Both the position numbers and the translations under genes were made by a program. A stretch of DNA of 64,000 nucleotides from Escherichia phage ECp13: the sequence record PP274704.1. The stretch is one strand, 5' to 3'. Under the pieces are notes generated by a model. The model was not told where the DNA came from. It searched no databases and was given only the letters and a program-made list of their open reading frames with translations. The number at the start of each line of letters is the position of its first letter. Position 1 is the stretch's first letter. This document shows positions 39,436 through 48,293 of this stretch, one piece after another.

Positions 39436-40160
39436 ATGAAACTAATCTTTTTAAGTGGTGTAAAGCGCAGTGGAAAAGATACTACTGCAGATTTTATCAT
39501 GAATAATTATTCTGCAGTTAAATATCAACTTGCTGGTCCTATTAAAGATGCATTGGCTTATGCATGGGGTGTATTTGCAGCAAACAATGATTATCCTTGC
39601 TTAACTCGTAAAGAGTTTGAAGGAATTGATTATGATCGTGAGACTAATTTAAATCTGACTAAATTAGAAGTAATTACGATTATGGAACAAGCATTTTGCT
39701 ATCTTAATAGTAAAAGCCCAATTAAAGGTGTGTTTGTTTTTGATGACGAAGGAAAAGAATCGGTTACTTTCGTAGCATTTAACAAGATTGCTGACGTTAT
39801 AAATAATATTGAAGATCAATGGTCAGTCCGTCGTCTGATGCAAGCCCTAGGTACGGATTTGATTGTTAATAACTTCGACCGCATGTATTGGGTAAAATTA
39901 TTTGCTTTAGATTATCTTGATAAATTTAACTCAGGTTATGATTATTATATCGTTCCTGATACTCGTCAAGATCATGAAATGGATGCGGCTAGGGCGATGG
40001 GTGCTACAGTAATTCATGTAGTTCGTCCTGGTCAAAAATCCAATGATATGCATATTACAGAAGCTGGATTGCCAATTCGTGATGGCGATTTAGTAATTAC
40101 AAACGATGGTTCTCTTGAAGAACTTTTTTCTAAAATTAAAAATACACTAAAGGTACTATA

Positions 40161-40161
<1 letters not shown>
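39436..40161 (+). CDS. 1: deoxynucleoside monophosphate kinase gp1
   Basis: 241-aa ORF with P-loop (GVKRSGKDT); T4 gp1 length. Confidence 0.92.
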
Positions 40162-40854
<693 letters not shown>

Positions 40855-40869
40855 TAATTTCACAAAGTT

Positions 40870-40899
40870 GTTTACATGCTGATGAGGTAGTGATACTAT
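40870..40899 (+). promoter_or_regulatory. early sigma70-type promoter
   Basis: GTTTAC (40870-40875), 18 bp, TACTAT (40894-40899) with TG upstream; 31 nt before the IP-like gene start. Confidence 0.6.
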
Positions 40900-40929
40900 T
40901 ATCTCATCAAAATTAATTAGGAAAATAAA

Positions 40930-41187
40930 ATGAAAACTTTCAAAGAGTTTGCTACAAAAACCACTATCACTGAATCTTCTCACGGTATGGAAGTAAAGCT
41001 TGGAATGGCTTTAGCTGAAGCTGAGCGTCTTTTCTCTCGTATTAAAGAACTTGCTGCTGCAGTCGATCCTTCATCTTTTAAAGGAGACCAAACTAAAGTT
41101 AAAGCACTTTTAGCATTATGCTCCGATGCAGGAGAAATTGCTAAAAATGGTTCTAAGATGAAGAAACGATTAGAAGATTTAAAATAA
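40930..41187 (+). CDS. internal-protein-like small protein with capsid-targeting-like N-terminus
   Basis: 85-aa ORF at the T4 ipI position; MKTFKEFATKTTITE resembles the T4 IP targeting sequence (MKTYQEFIAE) with an I-x-E gp21-type cleavage motif. Confidence 0.6.
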   Translation: MKTFKEFATKTTITESSHGMEVKLGMALAEAERLFSRIKELAAAVDPSSFKGDQTKVKALLALCSDAGEIAKNGSKMKKRLEDLK

Positions 41188-41199
41188 TTTCACAAAGTT

Positions 41200-41229
41200 G
41201 TTTACATAGGGTTTTAGTTGTGATACTAT
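41200..41229 (+). promoter_or_regulatory. early sigma70-type promoter (repeat copy of 40870-40899)
   Basis: GTTTAC, 18 bp, TACTAT; embedded in a 32-bp exact direct repeat of the copy upstream of the IP-like gene. Confidence 0.6.
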
Positions 41230-41257
41230 TACCCTATCAACTACCGAGGAGAATAAA

Positions 41258-41443
41258 ATGAAACGTTGTGAATTAATTCGAAATGTTGCTATTGCAATTT
41301 CTGCTTCCGCTTTTAGTTTTTCAATGTTTGTTGGATTTATATGCGGATTATTGACTACAGCAGAAAATGTGTTTTCACTTGTAGTAGCATTTTTAATTGG
41401 TTTAATTGCTATCGTTATGGATAAAATTTCTAAAGGTGAATAG
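41258..41443 (+). CDS. small membrane protein (2 predicted TM helices)
   Basis: 61-aa hydrophobic ORF with GAGGAG RBS. Confidence 0.55.
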   Translation: MKRCELIRNVAIAISASAFSFSMFVGFICGLLTTAENVFSLVVAFLIGLIAIVMDKISKGE

Positions 41444-41444
41444 A

Positions 41445-41825
41445 ATGTACAAAGTGTATGCGGATTATCAGGCTAATCCATCTGAAAAGCCAGGTTGTCA
41501 AATTGGATGGGCTCATGATACTTTGCTTGAAGCAGTAGATGCTGCTCAAAAATTGGGATATAAATATGTAGAGATTGTTCAACCGTCAGGAAAAGTTATT
41601 ACTCTTGAAGAGTTCAATAACATTAAACCAAACTTTTTACTTTTTGCAGGTGATAATTATTATCCTCGTGGTGGATATGCTGATTTAATAGCGAAAGCCG
41701 CTACCGAAGATGAACTCCGTGACATTATCAAAGAAAATGAAAACAAACCGATGTATGGTTCTAATCGCTTTGATTGGTGGCAAATTGTAAATGCCAATAC
41801 GCACACTATTGTTGATGAAGGTTGA
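41445..41825 (+). CDS. hypothetical protein
   Basis: 126 aa from ATG 41445 (RBS AAGGTGA 7 nt upstream), immediately after the upstream stop. Confidence 0.55.
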   Translation: MYKVYADYQANPSEKPGCQIGWAHDTLLEAVDAAQKLGYKYVEIVQPSGKVITLEEFNNIKPNFLLFAGDNYYPRGGYADLIAKAATEDELRDIIKENENKPMYGSNRFDWWQIVNANTHTIVDEG

Positions 41826-42118
41826 TAATGATTCTTTATGCGAAAGTATCATCCATTGAAAATGGATATAAATATGATCAAGAAGCAGCTAAAGCCTTGA
41901 TTGATGATTATGGCGTTTTAACATATTTTGAAGTTGAAAAGGTTTACATTGGCCGTTCATCTTCTCAAGTTAAATTAGTAAAGGAAGACCGTACATTTAA
42001 TACAGTAAATTTTGATTTCTTTATTGAAACAGAAAAAGGTCCTCTTGAATATGATATTTTCAAGAATCCTTTGGGTCTTGAATGTATTAAATATACTTAC
42101 ATTAATGCAGCGTGGTGA
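41822..42118 (+). CDS. hypothetical protein
   Basis: 98-aa ORF, ATGA overlap with upstream gene. Confidence 0.5.
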   Translation: MIMILYAKVSSIENGYKYDQEAAKALIDDYGVLTYFEVEKVYIGRSSSQVKLVKEDRTFNTVNFDFFIETEKGPLEYDIFKNPLGLECIKYTYINAAW

Positions 42119-42120
42119 AA

Positions 42121-42636
42121 ATGAATATTTGTTTAGGTACTACAATTCCGCAGGGCTACGTAATTGATGTCACTACCTGGGAAAATGATGGTGACAACTA
42201 TAAAACTAAAACACTGTTTGACGTAGAAGAGCATGAAATCTTACAATTTCAGTATCTTTTAAAGAAGTTTAAAAGCAGATATTCTAGTACTAAAATTGAG
42301 CGCTATTGTGGTAATGGTTTGTTCAGCGAGCAATCTCTTTTTATTTATGAATACTTGGTTGAAGGACTGTTCTCAGACCAGCTTTATCCAGAATTCATTA
42401 AAAAGGTCTTTCGCATAGAAGTTGATCTTGGTAATAAATCTGAAGAAGATGAAGAACGTGTATTTGACTTATTCTTTGTGAATGGTAATAAAGTGCTTGA
42501 AGGACTTATTAATATTTTAGGTAATGCTTCTGAGTATTATGATTATGATTTTTTGCGTGTAGTTGAGAGTGTTAAATACTCTTATATAGAAGAAGAAATT
42601 GTTTTGCCGACAGTTAAAATGTTTAATTTGCTTTAA
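42121..42636 (+). CDS. hypothetical protein
   Basis: 171 aa from ATG 42121 (track starts at a GTG at 42112); acidic segments. Confidence 0.5.
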   Translation: MNICLGTTIPQGYVIDVTTWENDGDNYKTKTLFDVEEHEILQFQYLLKKFKSRYSSTKIERYCGNGLFSEQSLFIYEYLVEGLFSDQLYPEFIKKVFRIEVDLGNKSEEDEERVFDLFFVNGNKVLEGLINILGNASEYYDYDFLRVVESVKYSYIEEEIVLPTVKMFNLL

Positions 42637-42720
42637 GAATTATTTGTTATTATTAACTCATATCGCACTGATTAATACCCTCTATCATCAAGGGTTCTTG
42701 TTTGAGAGCCTTTGTTAATA

Positions 42721-42781
42721 ATTTTGGTAGAGCGCCTGATTTGGGATCAGGAGGTCCAAGGTTCAAATCCTTGTATGGAGA
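42721..42781 (+). pseudogene. tRNA-Pro(UGG) 3' fragment (5' acceptor and D-arm missing)
   Basis: Intact anticodon arm (CCTGA-tttggga-TCAGG, anticodon TGG), variable loop, T-arm (CAAGG-ttcaaat-CCTTG) and 3' acceptor TATGGAG; no complementary 5' acceptor or D-stem upstream. Confidence 0.5.
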
Positions 42782-42783
42782 CT

Positions 42784-42883
42784 GGAGGCGTGGCAGAGTG
42801 GTTTAATGCACCGGTCTTGAAAACCGGCAGTCGCTCCGGCGACTCATACTAGGTCGTAGGTTCGATCCCTACTGCCTCGACCA
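42784..42883 (+). tRNA. tRNA-Ser(UGA), type II with long variable arm, CCA encoded
   Basis: Acceptor GGAGGCG, D-arm GCA-gagtggtttaa-TGC, anticodon arm CCGGT-cttgaaa-ACCGG (anticodon TGA), variable stem GTCGC/GCGAC, T-arm GTAGG-ttcgatc-CCTAC, 3' TGCCTCG-A-CCA; immediately follows the Pro fragment as in the T4 Pro-Ser pair. Confidence 0.6.
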
Positions 42884-43051
42884 AACAAGAAACCGGGTCG
42901 CTACCGGTAAGTCGTCGGACTGATGTTCCCTGGAGTATAGTTCCTCCCACAGTTTTACTGTGTTCTGGTTCTTTACTATCACAGCTGAAACGGCGCACCG
43001 AATTATCGATTCGAGGAAATATCTTTGCCGTAAGCCGAGTAGCGTTTTTGA

Positions 43052-43143
43052 CGGAACGTTCGGATATGGTCGAGATATGGCCTTTTAAAAATATTGAGTA
43101 GCGTCAACTGCTTAATAACCGGGTTCGAATCCCGGCGTTTCGT
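43052..43143 (+). ncRNA. tRNA-like element (acceptor stem plus canonical T-arm), possible stable small RNA or degenerate tRNA
   Basis: CGGAACG (43052-58) pairs with CGTTTCG (43136-42); T-arm CCGGG-ttcgaat-CCCGG; no canonical anticodon arm; lies in a 630-bp ORF-free stretch. Confidence 0.3.
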
Positions 43144-43195
43144 ACAAACACTTGCCTTAGCAGGTGGAACCCCGACAAGGTTGCCGCAAGGCTTA

Positions 43196-43222
43196 GCCCC
43201 GACCGAAAGGTTGGGGCTTTTT
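43196..43222 (+). terminator. intrinsic terminator closing the tRNA/small-RNA region
   Basis: CCCCGACC-gaaa-GGTTGGGG hairpin followed by CTTTTT. Confidence 0.65.
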
Positions 43223-43224
43223 AG

Positions 43225-43232
43225 TATAAATA
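43225..43232 (+). promoter_or_regulatory. late promoter (TATAAATA) for the IP-like gene at 43273
   Basis: TATAAATA on plus strand, 41 nt upstream of the ATG. Confidence 0.55.
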
Positions 43233-43272
43233 TAGTAGTATATTAAATCCACGAATTAAAACAGGAAATAAG

Positions 43273-43746
43273 ATGAAATCATATGCTCAATTTTTAAATG
43301 AAGCGGTGTTAAATGAAGCATCTAGCACCGAAATTCAAGCCGTCGCAAAAGCAGCCATTGCAGCGGGTAAATATTCCTATAAAGATGCTTCTGACGAATC
43401 ACGATTCCAATTTGCTCGCGACATGAAAGCAGAAGGATTTACGGGAAATGCGGTTAGTATGGCCTGGAAAAGTCTAGTTGCTACTGGCGCTGCTTTTGCA
43501 AAGGCTTCGGGTAAACCTGCTCCTAAAGCAGATCCTAAAGCTGCACAAGAAAAAAATATCGTTAAAGGAATTATCGCTAAATATGAAGCTATCCTTAAAG
43601 AGCTTTTAGTAATCAAAACCGAAGGCCAAAAGTTAGCCCGTGCTTATAGTTTCAAAGATAATCCACATGTTCACTCTCTTGAGTATGTTGAAGACATTCA
43701 AAAAATTATTAAAGACCGCATTTGGTCTGCTAAACAAATCAAATAA
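43273..43746 (+). CDS. internal-protein-like protein with capsid-targeting-like N-terminus
   Basis: 157-aa ORF; MKSYAQFLNE-A resembles the 10-residue T4 IP targeting sequence ending in an L-x-E cleavage motif; late promoter upstream. Confidence 0.6.
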   Translation: MKSYAQFLNEAVLNEASSTEIQAVAKAAIAAGKYSYKDASDESRFQFARDMKAEGFTGNAVSMAWKSLVATGAAFAKASGKPAPKADPKAAQEKNIVKGIIAKYEAILKELLVIKTEGQKLARAYSFKDNPHVHSLEYVEDIQKIIKDRIWSAKQIK

Positions 43747-43755
43747 CATTCTTAA

Positions 43756-43782
43756 CCCCGACCAAAAGGTTGGGGCTTTTTG
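43756..43782 (+). terminator. intrinsic terminator (second copy of the 43196 hairpin)
   Basis: CCCCGACC-aaaa-GGTTGGGG followed by CTTTTT, 10 nt after the IP-like stop. Confidence 0.65.
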
Positions 43783-43914
43783 GTATCTAGGCCTTTCTGG
43801 ACCTCTCTAGGCATCATTTAGTTTATACCCTTTATAATATATTATCCTATCTTTTAATTGCCCCTCCCTGCCCTAGAATTCCCTAAAAATTTTTAAAAAT
43901 TTTTTCACAAAACT

Positions 43915-43944
43915 ATTTACATCCCTGTTCTTCCATGGTACTAT
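43915..43944 (+). promoter_or_regulatory. early sigma70-type promoter (conserved module TGGTACTATACAACTATCAACT)
   Basis: TTTACA at 43916-43921, 17 bp, TACTAT (43939-43944). Confidence 0.6.
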
Positions 43945-43988
43945 ACAACTATCAACTACTGATACAGAAAAACAACTTGGAGAATGAA

Positions 43989-44252
43989 ATGGATAATTAC
44001 GGCGAACTGTTCAACTTCTTTATGAAATGCGTTTCAGAAGATTTCGGTCGTACAGTGAATGATATTAAAGTTATCGGTCCTGACCATCCGATGTTTGAAA
44101 CTTACGCAGTAATGGGTAATGAAGACGGACAGTGGTATACTGTAAAGGTTGTGATTAACATGTTCACAGCAGAAGGTTATGTTAAACTGTCTTCTAAAGT
44201 TTACCACGATAACGACGAAATCGCAGAAGAATATTTCAATAATATGAAATAA
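43989..44252 (+). CDS. hypothetical protein
   Basis: 87 aa from ATG 43989 (GGAGA RBS 9 nt upstream); track ORF starts further upstream at 43935. Confidence 0.5.
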   Translation: MDNYGELFNFFMKCVSEDFGRTVNDIKVIGPDHPMFETYAVMGNEDGQWYTVKVVINMFTAEGYVKLSSKVYHDNDEIAEEYFNNMK

Positions 44253-44282
44253 GTTTACATAGGCTCATGATTGAGATATTAT
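44253..44282 (+). promoter_or_regulatory. early sigma70-type promoter
   Basis: GTTTAC (44253-44258), 18 bp, TATTAT (44277-44282). Confidence 0.55.
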
Positions 44283-44308
44283 GAGCCTACAATTTGAGGA
44301 AAACCGTT

Positions 44309-44839
44309 ATGTCTCTTTATACCGAACTGAATGAAACTTCCGAAAAATCTTTTGATGATATCTTATCAATAATGCAAAAACAGGTATTAGAACAGCTTAG
44401 TGAAGCCGCAAGCAATGGGCACAAGGCTTGTCGAGTCCAAAGCCCACATCGCCGCATGTATGAACGCCCTCTTATTAATTGGCTAGAAAGCGAAGGTCTT
44501 ACAGTTAAGATTTGCCCTGCTAAATTTGATGTCCCACGTATTCTTAATATTTACTGGGATAAACCGGCTGAGAAATCGGTTGAGAAAAGTGACCCTTGGG
44601 TTGTTAATGTAAAAACATGTGACAGTGGATGCTCACTTGAGGTGTCTGCTGTAATTAAAGGCACTCATGGTGAAAAATCATGGGGTTGGCCTAGTAAAGA
44701 TAAAGAAATCGTGTTAAGTGTAAAAGCTACTAGTATTAGTACTCCTATAGCTAAAAGCATTATCGCCGCCGCCGTTGAAGAAGCTGAACGAATTTGTAAA
44801 ATTAAAAATAGTTTACATCTCTTAAATAGTATGATATAA
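44309..44839 (+). CDS. hypothetical protein
   Basis: 176 aa from ATG 44309 (RBS GAGGAA); track ORF begins at a TTG at 44294. Confidence 0.5.
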   Translation: MSLYTELNETSEKSFDDILSIMQKQVLEQLSEAASNGHKACRVQSPHRRMYERPLINWLESEGLTVKICPAKFDVPRILNIYWDKPAEKSVEKSDPWVVNVKTCDSGCSLEVSAVIKGTHGEKSWGWPSKDKEIVLSVKATSISTPIAKSIIAAAVEEAERICKIKNSLHLLNSMI

Positions 44840-44881
44840 TTCTTCCACAGATTTTATTTTTAATCAACCTAAGGAAATACT

Positions 44882-45475
44882 ATGAACACACTGAAGAAAA
44901 TTGTTGAATTTATTCGCACTAAACTTGGTTCTGCTATGGCTAAAAATCTATCTGTTGAAGAACAGTATACTGCTGCAGCAGCAAAACTGCTTGATAAAAT
45001 TAAAGATCTAAAAACTGCTTCTGTTAAATCTATTAATGAAGAAAAACGTATTCGTGAACTTATTGTCGAAAAGAATCGACAGGCCGAATCAAAAGAGCGT
45101 GAAATTCGTAAACTTCTTTCCGAAGGTCAAGATGTAACAATGCATGCTAAACTCGGTTTACTATATCGTCGAACAGCTGAGCAGTTGACTACTAAGGCTG
45201 ACGGTTATGCTGAAATGCGAATTGAAATCGCCAAGAAAGTAGTTGAGTTAGATGATGCTCGCCAAGAACTTGCAGTTAAATTGGAATATATCCGTGAAAC
45301 TCGTGCAGCAAATGCCCTTGGAATTAGTACTGCCGATGATGTAGTTGAAATTGCAGCACTGACTAAGGTTGATATTGAAGATACTCTTGCTCGAGTTGAA
45401 ACCTTTAACGGTAATATTTCTGGGGTTGAAACTACCTCTGCCGATGTTCAGGAATACATTAATTCTCTGAAATAA
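44882..45475 (+). CDS. coiled-coil protein with PspA/IM30-like architecture
   Basis: 197-aa ORF; N-terminal amphipathic segment then long heptad-rich helices; local resemblance to E. coli PspA (for example LARVETF versus PspA ARFESFE). Confidence 0.45.
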   Translation: MNTLKKIVEFIRTKLGSAMAKNLSVEEQYTAAAAKLLDKIKDLKTASVKSINEEKRIRELIVEKNRQAESKEREIRKLLSEGQDVTMHAKLGLLYRRTAEQLTTKADGYAEMRIEIAKKVVELDDARQELAVKLEYIRETRAANALGISTADDVVEIAALTKVDIEDTLARVETFNGNISGVETTSADVQEYINSLK

Positions 45476-45516
45476 TGATAAGGGGCTTCGGCCCCTTATA
45501 CTTGGAGTAAATAGGA

Positions 45517-46131
45517 ATGAAAATGAAAATGCAAAGTGATTTCAATTCAATGTTTGAAGAGTTCCAAAGACAGGTTGATGTTCCAGATCAATTACTAAAT
45601 GCTCTTAAGCGTATGGCAGAAGGACGTAATTACTATTGGGGGTCTTCATATGAAACTGATGAAAGCCTTTCCGGAAGATTTTCTAGAGGTAAAAAGTCTT
45701 TAATACGTCCTGGAATACTCATTAACAGTATTGAATCAATTCATTCATTGACATGTGATTTTGATGTTGAATTTACTGATTTCATTTCTCCTGAATGGAC
45801 AGTTTGTTATTTAAATGACGATTATGATTATCTTGGCGTTTATAGTTTAAGTGACGCATGGTTTAAACGTAATTTACAAAAGTCAAATTTGTTCTATATT
45901 GATACTACGGTAAAATTTCAGGGAAAGAAATATTTCTTTACTCTTATAATTGATTCTGAAACAAAGCATGAAAATAAACGTATTCTTAGTAAAAAGAATA
46001 TCTTAACTATTGTTGATGATCTTTTTGATAAATTCGTGGAAAATCCCAATTTTGAAAGCGATTTATTATTAGAAAAATTTGTTAAGGAATGTAGAGAATA
46101 TGTCAAAGCCATCACTATACCTTCCAAGTAA
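45517..46131 (+). CDS. hypothetical protein
   Basis: 204-aa ORF with GGAG RBS. Confidence 0.5.
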   Translation: MKMKMQSDFNSMFEEFQRQVDVPDQLLNALKRMAEGRNYYWGSSYETDESLSGRFSRGKKSLIRPGILINSIESIHSLTCDFDVEFTDFISPEWTVCYLNDDYDYLGVYSLSDAWFKRNLQKSNLFYIDTTVKFQGKKYFFTLIIDSETKHENKRILSKKNILTIVDDLFDKFVENPNFESDLLLEKFVKECREYVKAITIPSK

Positions 46132-46492
46132 ACCTGTGAAGTATGAATTAAAGCGTCAGATAATTTCTACTGATGTGTTAATAGGTCCTGTGGTAGCTGT
46201 ATCATTTGTGATTTTGCTGATTGCTGGAATGGTTATAGACGTTATGACTGATATTGAATCTGGTGTAATATTTGGAGCAACACTAATTCTTCCATTGGTA
46301 GTTCCGTTTTTATTAGTACCTGTAAATTGGGTAGGATACTGGTATCAAGGAAGACACTATCGTAAACGCGTACGCGAATGGAAAGCTCAGTGTAAAAAGA
46401 TTAAAAAGGAACACCAGCTTAAACTTGATATGTATGAATTTAATGAAATTATGAAATTTGTTAAGGAATCACGATGCAAAAGCCAAAACTAA
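46100..46492 (+). CDS. small membrane protein (2 TM), paralog 1 of 3
   Basis: 130 aa from ATG 46100; two hydrophobic helices; C-terminal motif KFVKESRCK shared with the next two ORFs. Confidence 0.5.
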   Translation: MSKPSLYLPSKPVKYELKRQIISTDVLIGPVVAVSFVILLIAGMVIDVMTDIESGVIFGATLILPLVVPFLLVPVNWVGYWYQGRHYRKRVREWKAQCKKIKKEHQLKLDMYEFNEIMKFVKESRCKSQN

Positions 46493-46836
46493 ATAAAGTT
46501 AAATATTCGTTTCCTGAGGCACTATTAATTCTTGCCGTATCAGCATTTGTAGCTCTTGCAGGTAGTCTTATTGGATTAATGATTGACTGTATTATTTTAA
46601 ACATCGACGGCCCAGTAATTATAGAAGAGGTTTGGAGTGAACTTCGTTATACTATAGCGATTTCATTATTTTCATTCTTTGGTACCATGTTATATTTTCA
46701 TTATGATAATTTTAAAATAAATTGGCAAAGAAAAAAGGATTACAAAATACAATTAAAGGAATATAATAGCTACATGTCTTATATTGAAAATGAATCAATG
46801 AAAGAGTTTGTGAGTGATTGTAGGAAAATCAAATGA
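46474..46836 (+). CDS. small membrane protein (2 TM), paralog 2 of 3
   Basis: 120-aa ORF; two hydrophobic helices; C-terminal EFVSDCRKIK. Confidence 0.5.
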   Translation: MQKPKLNKVKYSFPEALLILAVSAFVALAGSLIGLMIDCIILNIDGPVIIEEVWSELRYTIAISLFSFFGTMLYFHYDNFKINWQRKKDYKIQLKEYNSYMSYIENESMKEFVSDCRKIK

Positions 46837-47321
46837 TTTTAAAAACTCGCTGGTATGATTTAGATGATGGGGACGATGGCATTTCATTTGATAGAGTTGA
46901 CTGGAGCGGCTGTTCTGAAGATACAAAGAAACGATTAATTAGGGAGTTTAGAATGGGATATCAAGCAGTTAAGCCATCTACTGTAACAGATGATAAATTC
47001 GTGTGTATTCAAAATGGCCGTGCTAAGTTAACGAATGCTGATTGGTTTACAGGCAAGAATATGCTTTTATGGTATATCATTAGTCTTCCTGTGTCATCAT
47101 TCGTATTTTATTTCTTTGGAAAAAATCCAATGGATAGAATAGGAGATTGGGCTCTTTTTACTCTGCTTGTTAATATTTTTATAACAGCAGTAATATCAGG
47201 AATATGGTGCGTGTTCATTGAAATGCCATGGCGGTTACGTAGGCAGCAAAAGATTTTTGATGAAAAGAAATATACCCAAAATTTAAATAACTTTATCACT
47301 GAATGCAGGAAATTAAAATGA
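46833..47321 (+). CDS. small membrane protein (2 TM), paralog 3 of 3
   Basis: 162-aa ORF; two hydrophobic helices; C-terminal NFITECRKLK. Confidence 0.5.
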   Translation: MILKTRWYDLDDGDDGISFDRVDWSGCSEDTKKRLIREFRMGYQAVKPSTVTDDKFVCIQNGRAKLTNADWFTGKNMLLWYIISLPVSSFVFYFFGKNPMDRIGDWALFTLLVNIFITAVISGIWCVFIEMPWRLRRQQKIFDEKKYTQNLNNFITECRKLK

Positions 47322-47758
47322 AAACACTATCAGCTGGTATTATCTTTATGACAGAAGATAAAGATTTATTTATGGGACGAGTTACTGGTTCTCGTAAACC
47401 TGGAATGATGGCACATCGCTGGGATATTCCAAAGGGCCGTGTAGAAAGTTCTGATTTGAATGCACTGGAAGCTGCAAAAAGAGAATGCTCAGAAGAGACT
47501 GGTTTTATCGATTATAATTCAGACCTTCTAGAAGACCTAGGTGTATTTAAATATTCTAGTAATAAAGACTTACAGTTATTTTATTATACGATTCCAGTAG
47601 AGCATGAGATGTTTAGAAATTGCCATTGCGAGTCTTATTTTGAAAATAAAGATGGTGTTATGATTCCAGAGATGGATGCTTTTGCCCTTATTCCTCGTAC
47701 TCAGTGGCAATATGTGATGGGTCCTTCACTTTACCGAATAATGAACAGCCTCTTTTAA
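47303..47758 (+). CDS. nudE: Nudix hydrolase NudE
   Basis: Nudix box GRVESSDLNALEAAKRECSEETGF; directly upstream of e as T4 e.1/nudE; start may be the ATG at 47318. Confidence 0.85.
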   Translation: MQEIKMKTLSAGIIFMTEDKDLFMGRVTGSRKPGMMAHRWDIPKGRVESSDLNALEAAKRECSEETGFIDYNSDLLEDLGVFKYSSNKDLQLFYYTIPVEHEMFRNCHCESYFENKDGVMIPEMDAFALIPRTQWQYVMGPSLYRIMNSLF

Positions 47759-48289
<531 letters not shown>

Positions 48290-48293
48290 AGTT

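Noticed and set aside
42709-42781. Full-length tRNA-Pro
   Set aside because: The positions where the 5' acceptor and D-stem should lie (CCTTTGT, ATAA) cannot pair with the 3' acceptor TATGGAG or the GAGC D-stem strand; only the 3' portion is tRNA-like, so it is called a fragment.
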